From positions 768,001-832,000 of the forward strand of contig CBDCUI010000008.1 of NCBI GenBank assembly GCA_965222615.1: a DNA stretch of 64,000 bases, written 5' to 3'. This DNA is from Gammaproteobacteria bacterium. Lineage in GTDB: Bacteria; Pseudomonadota; Gammaproteobacteria; UBA4575. Position 1 is the stretch's first letter. The number at the start of each line of letters is the position of its first letter. This document shows, piece by piece, positions 21,978-33,316 of the stretch. The translations under genes were made by a program, and so were the position numbers. The notes under the pieces are model-generated. The model ran no database searches. It was given only the letters and a program-made list of their open reading frames with translations, and had not been told where the DNA came from.

Positions 21978-24900
21978 ATGGTACGTAAATTACTATTAAT
22001 CAACTGGTATATAATTGTAAGTCTACTTGTGCTTTTGGCAATCGTAGTTAGTGTACTGCGCTACTACCCATCACTATATCAAAATTATTTACCCGCAATT
22101 CAAGATAATATTTCAACAATAGTTGGTAAACCTGTTCAAGCAGATGCCATACGCATTGATTGGCATGGCATCACGCCACATATTACTGTTAATAATTTTT
22201 ATATCTATTCGGATGAATCAAAAAAAAATCAACTTTTATATGTAAAGAAGGCGTTGCTGTCTGTCAACCTTTATACCAGTATACTTGAAAAGAAGCCTAA
22301 TATTCGTCAATTGACATTAGTTGGTAGCAATCTAGAAGCCATTCGAACTATTGATCAAAGAATTGTTTTAAATGGTATAGATGTAAGTGAGAGAATTGCT
22401 AAAAGAAAAGAACAGAAAAATAAAACTAAAATACAAATAAGTTTGCTGGATAGTACCATTGCAATCAAAGACGAAATAAAAAAGTTGGATTACTTTTTTG
22501 ATAGCGTTGATATAGAACTAGGATTTGCTAAAGATAAATTTAAAGTTACCTCAAAATTTTTATTACCTGAAACTTTAGGAAACTCACTTGTTTTAATTGC
22601 AGATGTTATTGATATAGATCAAGGCTTCAACAAGATTAAAGGAAATGTGTACACCAAAGGCAAAAACATCAATCTTGAATTACTTGGTGATTTCTTTCCG
22701 CAACTGCAAGTAGGAATAAGCTCAGGTGTTTCTGATTTCGAAGCTTGGGGTGAAATAACCAATAATTCTAAACGAATATTTGAAGGTAAGCTTAGTATCG
22801 ATGCGTTGCAGTATAAAGCTGTGAAGAGACCAATTCCGTATGTGACTATGGGGAATGAAATAACAGATTTTGAAACAGATTTTAAATTAGTAGGAGTAAA
22901 GGATAGCTGGAATTTGGCTCTAATCAATAGCAAGATCCAGGCAAACGGCGAGCAGTGGGGTGGCCAAAAGTATGAAATCAGTTGTAATCATTGCAACAAG
23001 AAAGATTTTTCTATTTCAACAGCGCTAGATTATGTAGACATAACCAATTTGATTTCTACTCTTCAGCATTTTCCAAAGATATCAAAACATTTAGAGTATT
23101 TTCTTTCAAAAGTAAACATTGTAGGCAAACTTTCTGATACGAATTTTTCCGCACACTGGACGGATGGTCAGCTGACAAAATATATGTATAAGTCTACATT
23201 ACAGGATTCAACAATATTACTTGTCGAGCAAGAAGTTGAAATTTCATCTTTGAGTGGTGATCTTGCTGGCGATCATACTGAGGGCAATATTAATATTAGC
23301 GATGATTTAGTGAATTTTTATGTAGATAAAGTATCAGAGCATCCATTTCTTGATCAAAGGCTTACTGGCTCATTTATGTGGAAATTTTCTGACAGTGGTG
23401 TAATTGCATCATTAGAGGATATAAAACTGTTGACGGAAAGTCTCAGTGCTGAGTTACAAGGAACAATACAAGTTGATAATGGTGATGTTTATTTAGATAT
23501 ACAGGGACGAGTACCTGATGCGCAAGCTGAAGCAGTTAAAGCTTATTTGCCATATAAAAAGATGCATCCTAAATTAAGCAAATGGTTAAAAGTAAGCACA
23601 CAAGGCGGAATATTACGAGATGGCAAACTTATATTCCAAGGCAATCCTAAATATTTTCCTTTCAAAAATAAACCAGGAATGTTTGAGGTTGTTGCCAGTA
23701 TTGATAATGGTATTTTAGATTATCGAGAAGGCTGGCCATTAATAAGTAACGTTAATGCAGATTTTGCTATCAAAAATGAATCATTAATAGTTAATGGACA
23801 AAGCGGAAAAATTTTAAACTCTTCTGTAAATGATATTAAAGCAGAAATTGATGATTTAAAATTGCCTCGTCTGATAGTTGAAGGTAGTGCAAAAGGGCCG
23901 GCAGATGATATATTAGATTTCTTGCAACAATCATCACTTCTTAAAGAAAATAGCCAAATTCCAAATCATATTAATGTAAGCGGATCTACTAATTTAGATC
24001 TGAATTTAATTATTACACTTACAAAAAAACTAGAAAAAGAGAGATTAGTTAGTGGTACTTTAGAATTTAATAATTCTAATTTGACAGTTACGTCATTATC
24101 TTTACCTTTTACCAATTTAACAGGAAAACTAAATTTTAATAAAAATGGAGCAGAAGGTGAGGGGATACGTGCTAAATTATTTGGATCAAACTTTGCTGCA
24201 AGTGCCGAAAGATCTGGAAGAGGTCGCACTTTATTAACAATATTTGGGGGTTTTGATTTTGATTCATATCTTGCAACTAATCACCAGGATATAAGTAAAT
24301 ATCTTAAAGGTGTAGCTCCTATAACTGCATTTGTTAATTTACCTCGTTTTGGCAAACATAATAGCGATAAATCACTGGATATAAATATAGAAAGTAACTT
24401 AGCAGGATTACATGTTTTATTACCAAAACCGTTTTACAAAGAGCCAAATGAATCAAAGCAGTTGAGAATAAGTACTAAGTATCAATTAGGTCATAGCTAT
24501 CCTATACAGGCCAGCTATGGTAACACCGCTTTTTTACAAACAAAATTTAATAATGATATAAATAAAATATCCGCTTTAGAGCTTAGAATGGGGGATAATC
24601 AGTTTGCACTTCCTGAGCAAGGTATCAAAATTTCTGGAAAATTTGATCAACTAAATATACAAGATTGGAAAAATATTTTTGATTCCAATAAAAATGAAAA
24701 TAGTACAATGGAGATAAAAGAAATCGATATTAGTGCAGATCTAGTTAACTTGTCTAATATAGAATTTCGTGATGTTGATTTTAAGCTTGATAAACACGCT
24801 CAATATTGGGCAGGCGAAGTAAGATCATCTGTTGCATATGGAGAATTTAAATATCCACTCGAACAAGATATGCGAAAAGTCGCAACTGGCACTTTTGAGT

Positions 24901-25850
24901 ACTTACGATTTAATAAACGTGAGAATAAAGATGATAACAGTATAGTAATAGACCCACGTAAGTTACCTGCATTGCAAATTCAATCTAAGCTTTTTCAATA
25001 TGATAGCTATATATTGAATGATGTTGAGTTAATAACAAGTACATCTTCTTCGGGAATGGTTATAAATTCTATAACTGGTGAAGGTAAAGATTTGAATATT
25101 TTTGCAAATGGAGCATGGGAGATTAATGCCAATGCGACACAAAGTACACGTATAGATGTAACACTGGTTACCCAAAATATTCATAATAGTTTAAATGGAT
25201 TTGGATTTGAAACTGGCGCAACCAGTGGCAAGGGTAGTATTACTGCAAAATTAAATTGGCCTAATGCACCGTATAAATTTTCTATCGATTCATTGTTAGG
25301 AACAGCAAATCTGAGATTTAAAGATGGAGAAATAACATCTGTTAAACCTGGTGCAGGGCGTATCATCGGTCTAGTAAATCTGGCTGAAATATCAAGACGT
25401 CTTTCACTAGACTTTAAGGATTTTTTCTCAAAAGGATATGTATTTGACAAAATTCGAGGAGATTTGCTGTTTGAAAAATCAAACGTAACGACAAGCAATT
25501 TATCAATCGAGGGTCCCTCCGCTAATATTTTAATATCAGGTAGAACGGGAATTACAGCAAAAGATTATGATCAAGTTGTAACGGTTACTCCTCAGGTGAG
25601 TGGCGGACTTCCTTGGATAGGCTTAGTGGTTGGTGGGCCACTTGGTGCTGTCGGCGTAATTGTCGGAGAGAAAGTTGCAAAAACAATCGGCATTGATGTT
25701 AATAAAGTAACCGAAGTCAAATATTCCATGACGGGAAGTTGGGATGATCCCAAGATTGAACCCATTGCACATAAGGTGGCTGAAGCCAGTAAAAGTACGC
25801 AAGGTCAACCTTCTCCACAGCCTCAACCTCAAAAAATGATTGTTGAATAG
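21978..25850 (+). CDS. yhdP: YhdP / AsmA-like phospholipid transport protein
   Basis: 1290 aa, N-terminal TM anchor, C-terminal RRLSLDFKD and TGSWDDP; between rng and nit-tldD. Confidence 0.88.
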   Translation: MVRKLLLINWYIIVSLLVLLAIVVSVLRYYPSLYQNYLPAIQDNISTIVGKPVQADAIRIDWHGITPHITVNNFYIYSDESKKNQLLYVKKALLSVNLYTSILEKKPNIRQLTLVGSNLEAIRTIDQRIVLNGIDVSERIAKRKEQKNKTKIQISLLDSTIAIKDEIKKLDYFFDSVDIELGFAKDKFKVTSKFLLPETLGNSLVLIADVIDIDQGFNKIKGNVYTKGKNINLELLGDFFPQLQVGISSGVSDFEAWGEITNNSKRIFEGKLSIDALQYKAVKRPIPYVTMGNEITDFETDFKLVGVKDSWNLALINSKIQANGEQWGGQKYEISCNHCNKKDFSISTALDYVDITNLISTLQHFPKISKHLEYFLSKVNIVGKLSDTNFSAHWTDGQLTKYMYKSTLQDSTILLVEQEVEISSLSGDLAGDHTEGNINISDDLVNFYVDKVSEHPFLDQRLTGSFMWKFSDSGVIASLEDIKLLTESLSAELQGTIQVDNGDVYLDIQGRVPDAQAEAVKAYLPYKKMHPKLSKWLKVSTQGGILRDGKLIFQGNPKYFPFKNKPGMFEVVASIDNGILDYREGWPLISNVNADFAIKNESLIVNGQSGKILNSSVNDIKAEIDDLKLPRLIVEGSAKGPADDILDFLQQSSLLKENSQIPNHINVSGSTNLDLNLIITLTKKLEKERLVSGTLEFNNSNLTVTSLSLPFTNLTGKLNFNKNGAEGEGIRAKLFGSNFAASAERSGRGRTLLTIFGGFDFDSYLATNHQDISKYLKGVAPITAFVNLPRFGKHNSDKSLDINIESNLAGLHVLLPKPFYKEPNESKQLRISTKYQLGHSYPIQASYGNTAFLQTKFNNDINKISALELRMGDNQFALPEQGIKISGKFDQLNIQDWKNIFDSNKNENSTMEIKEIDISADLVNLSNIEFRDVDFKLDKHAQYWAGEVRSSVAYGEFKYPLEQDMRKVATGTFEYLRFNKRENKDDNSIVIDPRKLPALQIQSKLFQYDSYILNDVELITSTSSSGMVINSITGEGKDLNIFANGAWEINANATQSTRIDVTLVTQNIHNSLNGFGFETGATSGKGSITAKLNWPNAPYKFSIDSLLGTANLRFKDGEITSVKPGAGRIIGLVNLAEISRRLSLDFKDFFSKGYVFDKIRGDLLFEKSNVTTSNLSIEGPSANILISGRTGITAKDYDQVVTVTPQVSGGLPWIGLVVGGPLGAVGVIVGEKVAKTIGIDVNKVTEVKYSMTGSWDDPKIEPIAHKVAEASKSTQGQPSPQPQPQKMIVE

Positions 25851-25973
25851 GACAACAATCTCTTTTTTTATAGCATTGGTATAAAAGATTAAGCATATAT
25901 CTCTGTCTTGATAGTCTAGATTAAATTTATAGTGTGTAATAATACTTACAAGATTAATTAAAGAGTTTTTACT

Positions 25974-26789
25974 TTGAGTAAAGTCGCTGCGATACAAATG
26001 GCTTCTGGCCCCAATGTAGATGGCAACTTGCATGAAGCAGGTCGCTTGATTATGCAGGCTGCAACTGTAGGAGCAGAGCTGATTGTCCTACCCGAAAATT
26101 TTGCCATTATGGGCATTAAAGAAGAAGACAAAGTAGCAGTACGTGAGACTTTTAACGAAGGACCCATCCAGAAATTTTTGGCAGAACAGGCAAAAATACA
26201 TAATGTATGGATTGTTGGCGGGACAGTGCCGATTGAATGCCCTGATCCAAAAAAAATATATGCTGCCTGCTTGATATATGACAACAATGGAATGTGTGTC
26301 GAACGCTATGACAAGATTCATTTATTTGATGTTGATCTTGTAGATACAGGTGAAAGTTACAATGAGTCAGAAACGATTGAATATGGAGATTCAGACTTAA
26401 AGGTTATTGATACACCTTTTGGTAGATTGGGTTTGGCTGTTTGCTACGATTTACGTTTCCCTGAATTATTTCGTAAATTATTGGATCTAGGTGCACAAAT
26501 TGTTGTATTACCCGCAGCCTTCACAGCTGCAACAGGTCAAGCACATTGGGAGAGTTTAATACGAGCTCGTGCAATTGAAAATTTAATTTACATTATTGCA
26601 TCTTCCCAGGGTGGGTACCATATTAATGGGCGTGCAACGTTTGGAAATAGTATGATTGTTGACCCATGGGGTGCAATTTTAAATCGCATAGAACATGGAG
26701 CAGGTTTTGCAATAGCAGATGTAAATTTAGAATACTTAGAATCTAGGCGTAAAACTTTTCCATGTATTCAACATAGAAGAATTGAATAA
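25974..26789 (+). CDS. Carbon-nitrogen hydrolase (Nit1-like)
   Basis: LPEN, YDKIHLFDV, CYDLRFPE catalytic motifs. Confidence 0.9.
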   Translation: MSKVAAIQMASGPNVDGNLHEAGRLIMQAATVGAELIVLPENFAIMGIKEEDKVAVRETFNEGPIQKFLAEQAKIHNVWIVGGTVPIECPDPKKIYAACLIYDNNGMCVERYDKIHLFDVDLVDTGESYNESETIEYGDSDLKVIDTPFGRLGLAVCYDLRFPELFRKLLDLGAQIVVLPAAFTAATGQAHWESLIRARAIENLIYIIASSQGGYHINGRATFGNSMIVDPWGAILNRIEHGAGFAIADVNLEYLESRRKTFPCIQHRRIE

Positions 26790-26821
26790 GATGATATTAA
26801 ATAACAAACTCCTTAAAAGTA

Positions 26822-28264
26822 ATGGATAATACTTTAGAGCTAGCTCAACAGCACTTGCTTGTTCCCTCGGGATTAGATGAATCTCATTTGACCCAAGCCT
26901 TTTCAACTTTATTGGACTCATCTGCAGATAGTGGAGATATCTATTTTCAACTACGAAAACATGAGGCATGGTCTTTAGAAGATGGGATTGTCAAAGAGGC
27001 TAGCTATAATATTAATCAGGGTGTCGGTATACGAGCGATTAAAGGTGACAAAACAGGTTTTGCTTATTCAGATGAAATTATTTTGCCAGCGTTAATCGAA
27101 TCATGTAAAGCTGCGCGCGCCATTGCGCGAGGCGGAGACAGTGGCTCTATAAAGACTTGGAAGTTTAATGTTGGCAATGAGCTTTACCCATTTGATAATC
27201 CGCTCGATTCAATTTCAGAAACAGATAAAGTTAATCTATTGCGATCATTAGATGCTTTGGCTCGTAAACAAGATGAACGAATCAAACAAGTAATGGTGTC
27301 TCTGGCAGGTGCTCATGAAGTGATATTGGTTGCCAATAGCGATGGCTCCCTTGCAGGTGATCTGCGTCCGTTAGTTAGATTAAACGTATCGGTCATTGCG
27401 GAAGAAAATGGTCGCATTGAACAAGGTAGTGCAGGAGGTGGTGGCCGTACAGCTTATGAATATTTTATTCACGAAAATCTTGCACATTCTTATGTTCACG
27501 AGGCCGTAAGAATGGCCTTGCTAAATTTAGAAGCTGTCGATGCGCCTGCTGGGTCTATGAATGTTGTGCTGGGGCCAGGTTGGCCTGGTGTATTGTTACA
27601 TGAGGCGGTAGGACATGGTTTAGAAGGAGATTTCACACGCAAAGGGACTTCGGCCTTTAGTGGGCGTATCGGTGAACGTGTTGCCAGCAAAGGCGTAACC
27701 GTCGTAGATGATGGCACATTGGTGGATCGAAGAGGCTCGTTAAATATCGATGATGAAGGAACGGTCACACAGTGTACTACATTAATTGAAGACGGCATCC
27801 TTATAGGATTTATGCAAGACAAATTGAATGCAAAACTATCGAATACCACGTCAACAGGAAATGGCAGGCGTGAGTCTTATGCTCATCTGCCCATGCCGCG
27901 TATGACCAATACCTACATGTTAGCTGGAGAATACGATCCTGGAGAAATCATTAGTTCAGTTGACTCAGGATTTTATGCAGTCAATTTTGGTGGTGGTCAG
28001 GTTGATATCACCTCGGGTAAATTTGTGTTCTCAGCTTCGGAAGCGTATTTAATTGAAAAAGGTAAGGTCACTAAACCTGTTAAAGGTGCAACTCTGATTG
28101 GTGATGGACCTGATGTGCTGACGCGAGTATCGATGATTGGGAATGATTTACAATTAGATCGTGGAATAGGAACTTGTGGTAAAGAAGGTCAGAATGTTCC
28201 GGTAGGAGTTGGACAACCAACATTACGTATCGATGGGCTTACAGTTGGTGGTACGGCAAGCTAA
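26822..28264 (+). CDS. tldD: Metalloprotease TldD
   Basis: [27 protein letters not shown]. Confidence 0.97.
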   Translation: MDNTLELAQQHLLVPSGLDESHLTQAFSTLLDSSADSGDIYFQLRKHEAWSLEDGIVKEASYNINQGVGIRAIKGDKTGFAYSDEIILPALIESCKAARAIARGGDSGSIKTWKFNVGNELYPFDNPLDSISETDKVNLLRSLDALARKQDERIKQVMVSLAGAHEVILVANSDGSLAGDLRPLVRLNVSVIAEENGRIEQGSAGGGGRTAYEYFIHENLAHSYVHEAVRMALLNLEAVDAPAGSMNVVLGPGWPGVLLHEAVGHGLEGDFTRKGTSAFSGRIGERVASKGVTVVDDGTLVDRRGSLNIDDEGTVTQCTTLIEDGILIGFMQDKLNAKLSNTTSTGNGRRESYAHLPMPRMTNTYMLAGEYDPGEIISSVDSGFYAVNFGGGQVDITSGKFVFSASEAYLIEKGKVTKPVKGATLIGDGPDVLTRVSMIGNDLQLDRGIGTCGKEGQNVPVGVGQPTLRIDGLTVGGTAS

Positions 28265-29601
28265 TGGAATTACAAAAAGCATCTTATTCTGAAGATAAAC
28301 TAGAAGACCTAGTACAACTTTGTTTGGATGAAGCAAAACAGCAGGGCGCAACCAGCGCGGAAGCTTCTGTAAACATTGAGCACGGCTTATCTGTGACAGC
28401 ACGGCTTGGAGATATAGAGACATTAGAACACCATAACGATCATGCTTTAGGGGTAATCGTTTATATTGATCATAAAAAAGGCTCCTCAAGCACGACAAAC
28501 TTTGCGCCATCAGCAGTCAAAGATGTTGTTGCTACGGCTTGTAATGTCGCTAAGTTTACGGAAGAAGATGAGTGTGCGGGTCTAGCAGATGCAGACCGCA
28601 TGGCCACGGGGGCTCAAGATTTAGAGTTAAATCATCCTTGGGATTTAACCCCTGAAAAAGCCATACAAATGGCCATTGAGTGTGAAAACAAAGCACGAGA
28701 ATTTGAAAAGATTTCAAATTCTGAAGGCGCGTCTGTAAACACCTCGCGTGCGACAAATATCTATGGAAATACGTATGGATTTATAGGCAGTTACGCATCG
28801 ACAAGACATTCGCTATCTTGTGTTGTAGTGGCTGAAGAAGATAGTGCAATGCAGCGTGATTATTGGTACTCTACGTCTCGCGATCCCATCAAGCTAGAAT
28901 CTGCAGCCTCGGTAGGTGAAAAAGCAGCACAACGTACAATTAGCAGGCTCGGTGCAAAAAAAATCTCTACACGCACTACGCCCGTGATCTTTGAAGCAAA
29001 TATAGCGCGGTCATTGTTATCACATTTTATTAGCGCAGTCTCAGGAAGTGCTTTGTACCGAAAAGCTTCTTTTTTATTAGATCAGTTAGATAAAAAAGTA
29101 TTCTCGGATATGGTAACCATCACTGAAGATCCTCATCTTAAGGGTGGGCTTGGTAGCAGTACTTTTGATTTAGAAGGGGTAGGAACACAACCACGCACGT
29201 TAGTTGAGAATGGAATCTTGAAAGGTTATGTGTTGAATAGCTACTCGGCAAGAAAACTTGGCATGCAGACAACTGGAAATGCAGGTGGAGTTCATAACCT
29301 CACATTACAAGCTAGAAATAGAACCTTAAACGAATTGATGCAAGATATGCAGCAAGGCTTATTAGTGACAGAACTAATCGGCCATGGTGTAAATAATGTC
29401 ACTGGCGATTATTCACGTGGGGCGGTTGGCTATTGGATTGAAAATGGAGAAATTCAGTTTCCGGTTGAGGAAATCACCGTTGCTGGAAATTTAAAAAATA
29501 TTTTTCAAAATATTGTGGCTATCGGTAATGATGTTGATTATCGTAGTAATATCATTACGCCATCTATAATGATTGATGAAATGATAGTAGCGGGTAGTTA
29601 A
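28264..29601 (+). CDS. pmbA: Metalloprotease subunit PmbA/TldE
   Basis: MQRDYWYS, TGNAGG, TGDYSRGA; coupled to tldD. Confidence 0.95.
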   Translation: MELQKASYSEDKLEDLVQLCLDEAKQQGATSAEASVNIEHGLSVTARLGDIETLEHHNDHALGVIVYIDHKKGSSSTTNFAPSAVKDVVATACNVAKFTEEDECAGLADADRMATGAQDLELNHPWDLTPEKAIQMAIECENKAREFEKISNSEGASVNTSRATNIYGNTYGFIGSYASTRHSLSCVVVAEEDSAMQRDYWYSTSRDPIKLESAASVGEKAAQRTISRLGAKKISTRTTPVIFEANIARSLLSHFISAVSGSALYRKASFLLDQLDKKVFSDMVTITEDPHLKGGLGSSTFDLEGVGTQPRTLVENGILKGYVLNSYSARKLGMQTTGNAGGVHNLTLQARNRTLNELMQDMQQGLLVTELIGHGVNNVTGDYSRGAVGYWIENGEIQFPVEEITVAGNLKNIFQNIVAIGNDVDYRSNIITPSIMIDEMIVAGS

Positions 29602-29669
29602 TTATTCTGTTCTTTCTTCCAACTTCGGCAAGAAGTGAACGGTCAGTTCATTAACTAACAATCATCAGC

Positions 29670-29975
29670 CTTACTTGTTCATTTTACAAAATACTTTCCT
29701 GTATTTTGCCCTTCGGGCCATCGTCATTTCATGACGATGTTCAAAATCGTTCCAGACAATTTTGTCTTTGCTTGTCCAAAGCCTTAATTAAATGAACTAT
29801 GGGAACCAAAAGAAAAGACCCCCGAATTTGCTTGTCCTAACGGATACATTCGCTGCGCAGAACGACTCTGCTGTCGGCCCGAAACGCATCCATGCGTTGC
29901 GTGCCTCAAATAGGCTTCCTGCCCATTTGCCAGTAGTCTTATCTGCTTGCTCGTCAAGCAAATTATGGGCTATTC
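29670..29975. repeat. Composite structured intergenic repeat with nested short element (copy C, 29686-29765)
   Basis: CTTTGCTTGTCCAAAG..GAACCAAAAGAAAAGAC motif, AATTTGCTTG...CAAGCAAATT stem; nested segment matches reverse complement of 50209-50266. Confidence 0.6.
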
Positions 29976-30078
29976 AGGATGATGCTATCCTTCGATCGGT
30001 TGAGCTGGCAGCCGAGAGCGGTCTTTCTGACTTAAATTTTTAAACTAATTCTCTAATTAAGCCTTTATGCTTGATTAT

Positions 30079-30816
30079 TTATAACCAATTCACTTCTGTA
30101 ATTTGAATGGATAAATCGATTTTTCCATTTTCAAGTTTATCTAATTTCACTGGAATATAATTTAACGACTCAGCATACCAACCCAGATAAGTCGTTTTCT
30201 TTTCATTGTCTTTTACACGTATAAACTTATTGGTATTGAGATTGCCAAGTTTAGTTTCTATATTTTCGGTCGACTCTAATTTATAGATATATTGTTTTAA
30301 ACGACCTTTAGAGATTACTGAAAAGGTGTAATCTTTGATTTCCGTATTTGGTTTACGCATCAGCAATAGCTGCGTAGAAAAATTATCAAACGTATAGGGC
30401 GGAATATCTATAGTTTCTTTTTTATCTCTATATTGGATATTTGCTTTATTGTTTTCCCAATCAAAAATATAGTGTTCATCACGGTTCTTATCGCTGTCTT
30501 TCATTGCGTGTTTAAATTCAACAGTTCGGTATCTTTCGCCGACAACCTTTAATATCGCGCGTTCGATTATTTCTTGTTTGCCAAGAAAAAATGCAGCCAT
30601 GCCAATGGGCCAAGAAGAAGATTCATAGATCACTTCATCGCCATTTTTTTCCAGACGTACACGCATTTTCCCAACGTGTACTCCTTGTTTTTGCACATTA
30701 TAAATCGCTTCAAATTGAGGAGGTAGATTTTCCTCATTGAGTATGGATGCTGGACTGGCCCAACCTATGTTGATGAATAAGAAAAACAGGATAAAAATGC
30801 AAAATATTCTATTCAC
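30079..30816 (-). CDS. DUF3108-like exported protein
   Basis: Signal peptide; ETKLG-L-T, W-AESLNYIPVK pattern; follows purN as in related genomes. Confidence 0.65.
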   Translation of the reverse strand: MNRIFCIFILFFLFINIGWASPASILNEENLPPQFEAIYNVQKQGVHVGKMRVRLEKNGDEVIYESSSWPIGMAAFFLGKQEIIERAILKVVGERYRTVEFKHAMKDSDKNRDEHYIFDWENNKANIQYRDKKETIDIPPYTFDNFSTQLLLMRKPNTEIKDYTFSVISKGRLKQYIYKLESTENIETKLGNLNTNKFIRVKDNEKKTTYLGWYAESLNYIPVKLDKLENGKIDLSIQITEVNWL

Positions 30817-31484
30817 TGTAATTCTTCCTCAAGTTTAGGTGTAAGCAGTATAGGTTTATCTAGTTGCTTATTTTCAAAATATACATTTCCATTTTGACTA
30901 GAGAGTTTATTTTCACAAAACCATTTCACAACAAGAGGATATATGATGTGTTCTTTCTCTAACACACGCTTAGCGAGGCTATCTGTATCGTCTGTCTTAT
31001 TGATGGGTACTTTTGCTTGAATAATCAGTGGACCGCTATCTAACTTATCCGTTACAAAATGTACACTGCAACCATGCTGAATATCACCTGCATCTAATGC
31101 ACGTTGATGGGTATGTAAGCCTGGATATTTCGGTAATAAGGAGGGATGAATATTTAATATCCTTCCTTGGTACTTATTGATGAAAGTATTGCTTAAGACA
31201 CGCATGAAGCCAGCCAAAACAACTAATGTTGTTTTATAGACCTTAAGGACTTTAATCAGTTCCTCATCAAAAGATTCACGCGAACCATAGTCATTGTGGT
31301 TAATAACATGAGTAGGAATTCCAGCTTGTTTTGCTCGCACCAACCCATAAGCATCAGATGTATTGCTAATTACACATGCGATATTGGCGTGTATATTATC
31401 CTGCTGAACATGGTTAATGATGGATTGTAGATTGCTGCCACTACCGGATATCAAGACGGCAATGGTACAAGGTGAATCATTCAC
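30813..31484 (-). CDS. purN: Phosphoribosylglycinamide formyltransferase
   Basis: ISGSGSNLQ, LAGFMR, NIHPSLLP, HFVT--LDSGP. Confidence 0.97.
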   Translation of the reverse strand: MNDSPCTIAVLISGSGSNLQSIINHVQQDNIHANIACVISNTSDAYGLVRAKQAGIPTHVINHNDYGSRESFDEELIKVLKVYKTTLVVLAGFMRVLSNTFINKYQGRILNIHPSLLPKYPGLHTHQRALDAGDIQHGCSVHFVTDKLDSGPLIIQAKVPINKTDDTDSLAKRVLEKEHIIYPLVVKWFCENKLSSQNGNVYFENKQLDKPILLTPKLEEELQ

Positions 31485-31490
31485 AGTAAA

Positions 31491-32516
31491 TTAAATTAAT
31501 TGTATTTTGCTTTTTTCGGAAGTTTTTTTTATTTCGCCAATGATAGTTGCTTTATGATTGTTTGATTGGCAAATTTCTAAAGCTTTGTCAGCTTGGTCTT
31601 TAGGGAGAATCACAAGCATTCCTAGGCCACAATTAAATACTCGATACATTTCTTCATTATCAATATTTCCTTTGTGTTGTAGCCAATTAAAAATTTCTGG
31701 TCGACTCCAAGTAGTCGTATTTATCTGTGCGATAAAATTATCTGGAATTATTCGAGGAACATTTTCTGGTAAACCGCCACCGGTGATATGACACAAGCCA
31801 TGTATATCGAGTGAGTGAAGAAGAGCGAGTACAACTTTTGTGTAAATCATGGTTGGCGTAAGTAATTCTTCACCTAAGGTCTTACTTTCAAATGGTTCTT
31901 CAAGAGAGCAATTGCTGATTTCTACGATTTTATTGACTAAGGAGTAACCGTTTGAATGAATTCCACTGGAAGCAATTCCGACGATGGCATCTTCTTCTGT
32001 AATTGTGGTCCCATCAATTAAATTGTCTTGGTCAACAATGCCAACGCAAAAACCTGCTAGATCATATTCTCCTTCAGCATACATACCAGGCATTTCTGCC
32101 GTTTCGCCACCGATCAAGGCTGCACCGGATTGCTTACAGCCTTCAGCAATCCCTTCGATTACTGCCTGAGCTTCAGCGAGGGAGAGTTTGCCGGTGGCAA
32201 AATAGTCTAAGAAAAACAGGGGTTCGGCGCCTTGAACGATTACGTCGTTCACACACATTGCGACTAAGTCTATGCCGATAGTCGCGTGATAGTCCAATTG
32301 CTGAGCAAGTCGTAATTTTGTGCCTACGCCATCCGTACCAGCAACCAGTATCGGTTGTTTATGGTTTTGCTGGGATAGGGCAAATAACCCGCCAAATCCA
32401 CCAATATTGGAAAGGACCTCAGGACGATGAGTTGCGCGGATTGCTGGTTTGATTAGATCGACGAGTCGATTTCCAACATCGATATCGACACCCGCATTCT
32501 TATAAGTAAGTCCCAT
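31491..32516 (-). CDS. purM: Phosphoribosylformylglycinamidine cyclo-ligase
   Basis: YKNAGVDI, GTDGVGTK, GGETAEMPG, HITGGG. Confidence 0.98.
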   Translation of the reverse strand: MGLTYKNAGVDIDVGNRLVDLIKPAIRATHRPEVLSNIGGFGGLFALSQQNHKQPILVAGTDGVGTKLRLAQQLDYHATIGIDLVAMCVNDVIVQGAEPLFFLDYFATGKLSLAEAQAVIEGIAEGCKQSGAALIGGETAEMPGMYAEGEYDLAGFCVGIVDQDNLIDGTTITEEDAIVGIASSGIHSNGYSLVNKIVEISNCSLEEPFESKTLGEELLTPTMIYTKVVLALLHSLDIHGLCHITGGGLPENVPRIIPDNFIAQINTTTWSRPEIFNWLQHKGNIDNEEMYRVFNCGLGMLVILPKDQADKALEICQSNNHKATIIGEIKKTSEKSKIQLI

Positions 32517-32719
32517 AAATATGAGTTTATATTAGGTATTTTACGTAACTATATGAAATTAATGGATATAGAAAAATATTTTTTTGGTATATGTCCCGAA
32601 TTGTTAGATATTTCATTGCTTCAAAATTCGGTTACTTATACCATCTAAGACCTAATAATAATAAGTATTTATAACGATATCTGTAGGCATTGTATGACAC
32701 GGAGGTAGGAGTAGGTAAC

Positions 32720-33280
32720 ATGTCTTATTGGAGATTTATTCCTAATCTGATCACTACCGCGCGTTTTGCAGCGGTACCCCTATTGGTTTGGTGGCTATTC
32801 GATGGCCAGTTTTACAATGCGCTTTTGCTATTTTTCCTCATGGGTGTTTCTGATGCGCTTGACGGCTATTTGGCAAAAGCTTTTGATTGGAAAACTACTC
32901 TGGGTGCATATTTGGATCCTGCCGCTGACAAGGCCATGTTGATCTGTGCCTATGTTAGCTTGGGTGCGTTACAATTATTACCGCCTTGGCTCGTTTTCGT
33001 TGTAATTCTTCGAGATGTAGCGCTACTTTCTGGAGCACTTGCCTATAATCTATCTACTCGTCAGCTTGATATTCAGCCTACACTTATCAGTAAGGTTAAT
33101 ACGTTTGTTCAAATCATATTGGTTCTGGTTGTAATCTATACTCAATTTGGTGTACTACCGGCGTTATTGATCCAAGTACTTATAGGACTTACCGTTTTTA
33201 CTACCATTGCAAGTGGCTTAGATTATTTAATGGAAGAGCGATCTAGGCGTGCTGCCAGGCACTCTGGCAAACAAGCTTAG
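32720..33280 (+). CDS. CDP-alcohol phosphatidyltransferase family protein
   Basis: PNLIT and D-LDGYLA...GAYLDPAADK signature; ATG at 32720 preferred (AGGAG upstream). Confidence 0.9.
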   Translation: MSYWRFIPNLITTARFAAVPLLVWWLFDGQFYNALLLFFLMGVSDALDGYLAKAFDWKTTLGAYLDPAADKAMLICAYVSLGALQLLPPWLVFVVILRDVALLSGALAYNLSTRQLDIQPTLISKVNTFVQIILVLVVIYTQFGVLPALLIQVLIGLTVFTTIASGLDYLMEERSRRAARHSGKQA

Positions 33281-33316
33281 TAACTAAATAATAATTAAAT
33301 AGTAGCGAGTACCTGT

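Noticed and set aside
25974-26789. Nitrilase-family gene as part of amide catabolism
   Set aside because: Standard member of the yhdP-nit-tldD cluster
29792-30043. 83-aa ORF in the pmbA-DUF3108 spacer
   Set aside because: Lies within a hairpin-rich repeat; no recognisable protein features
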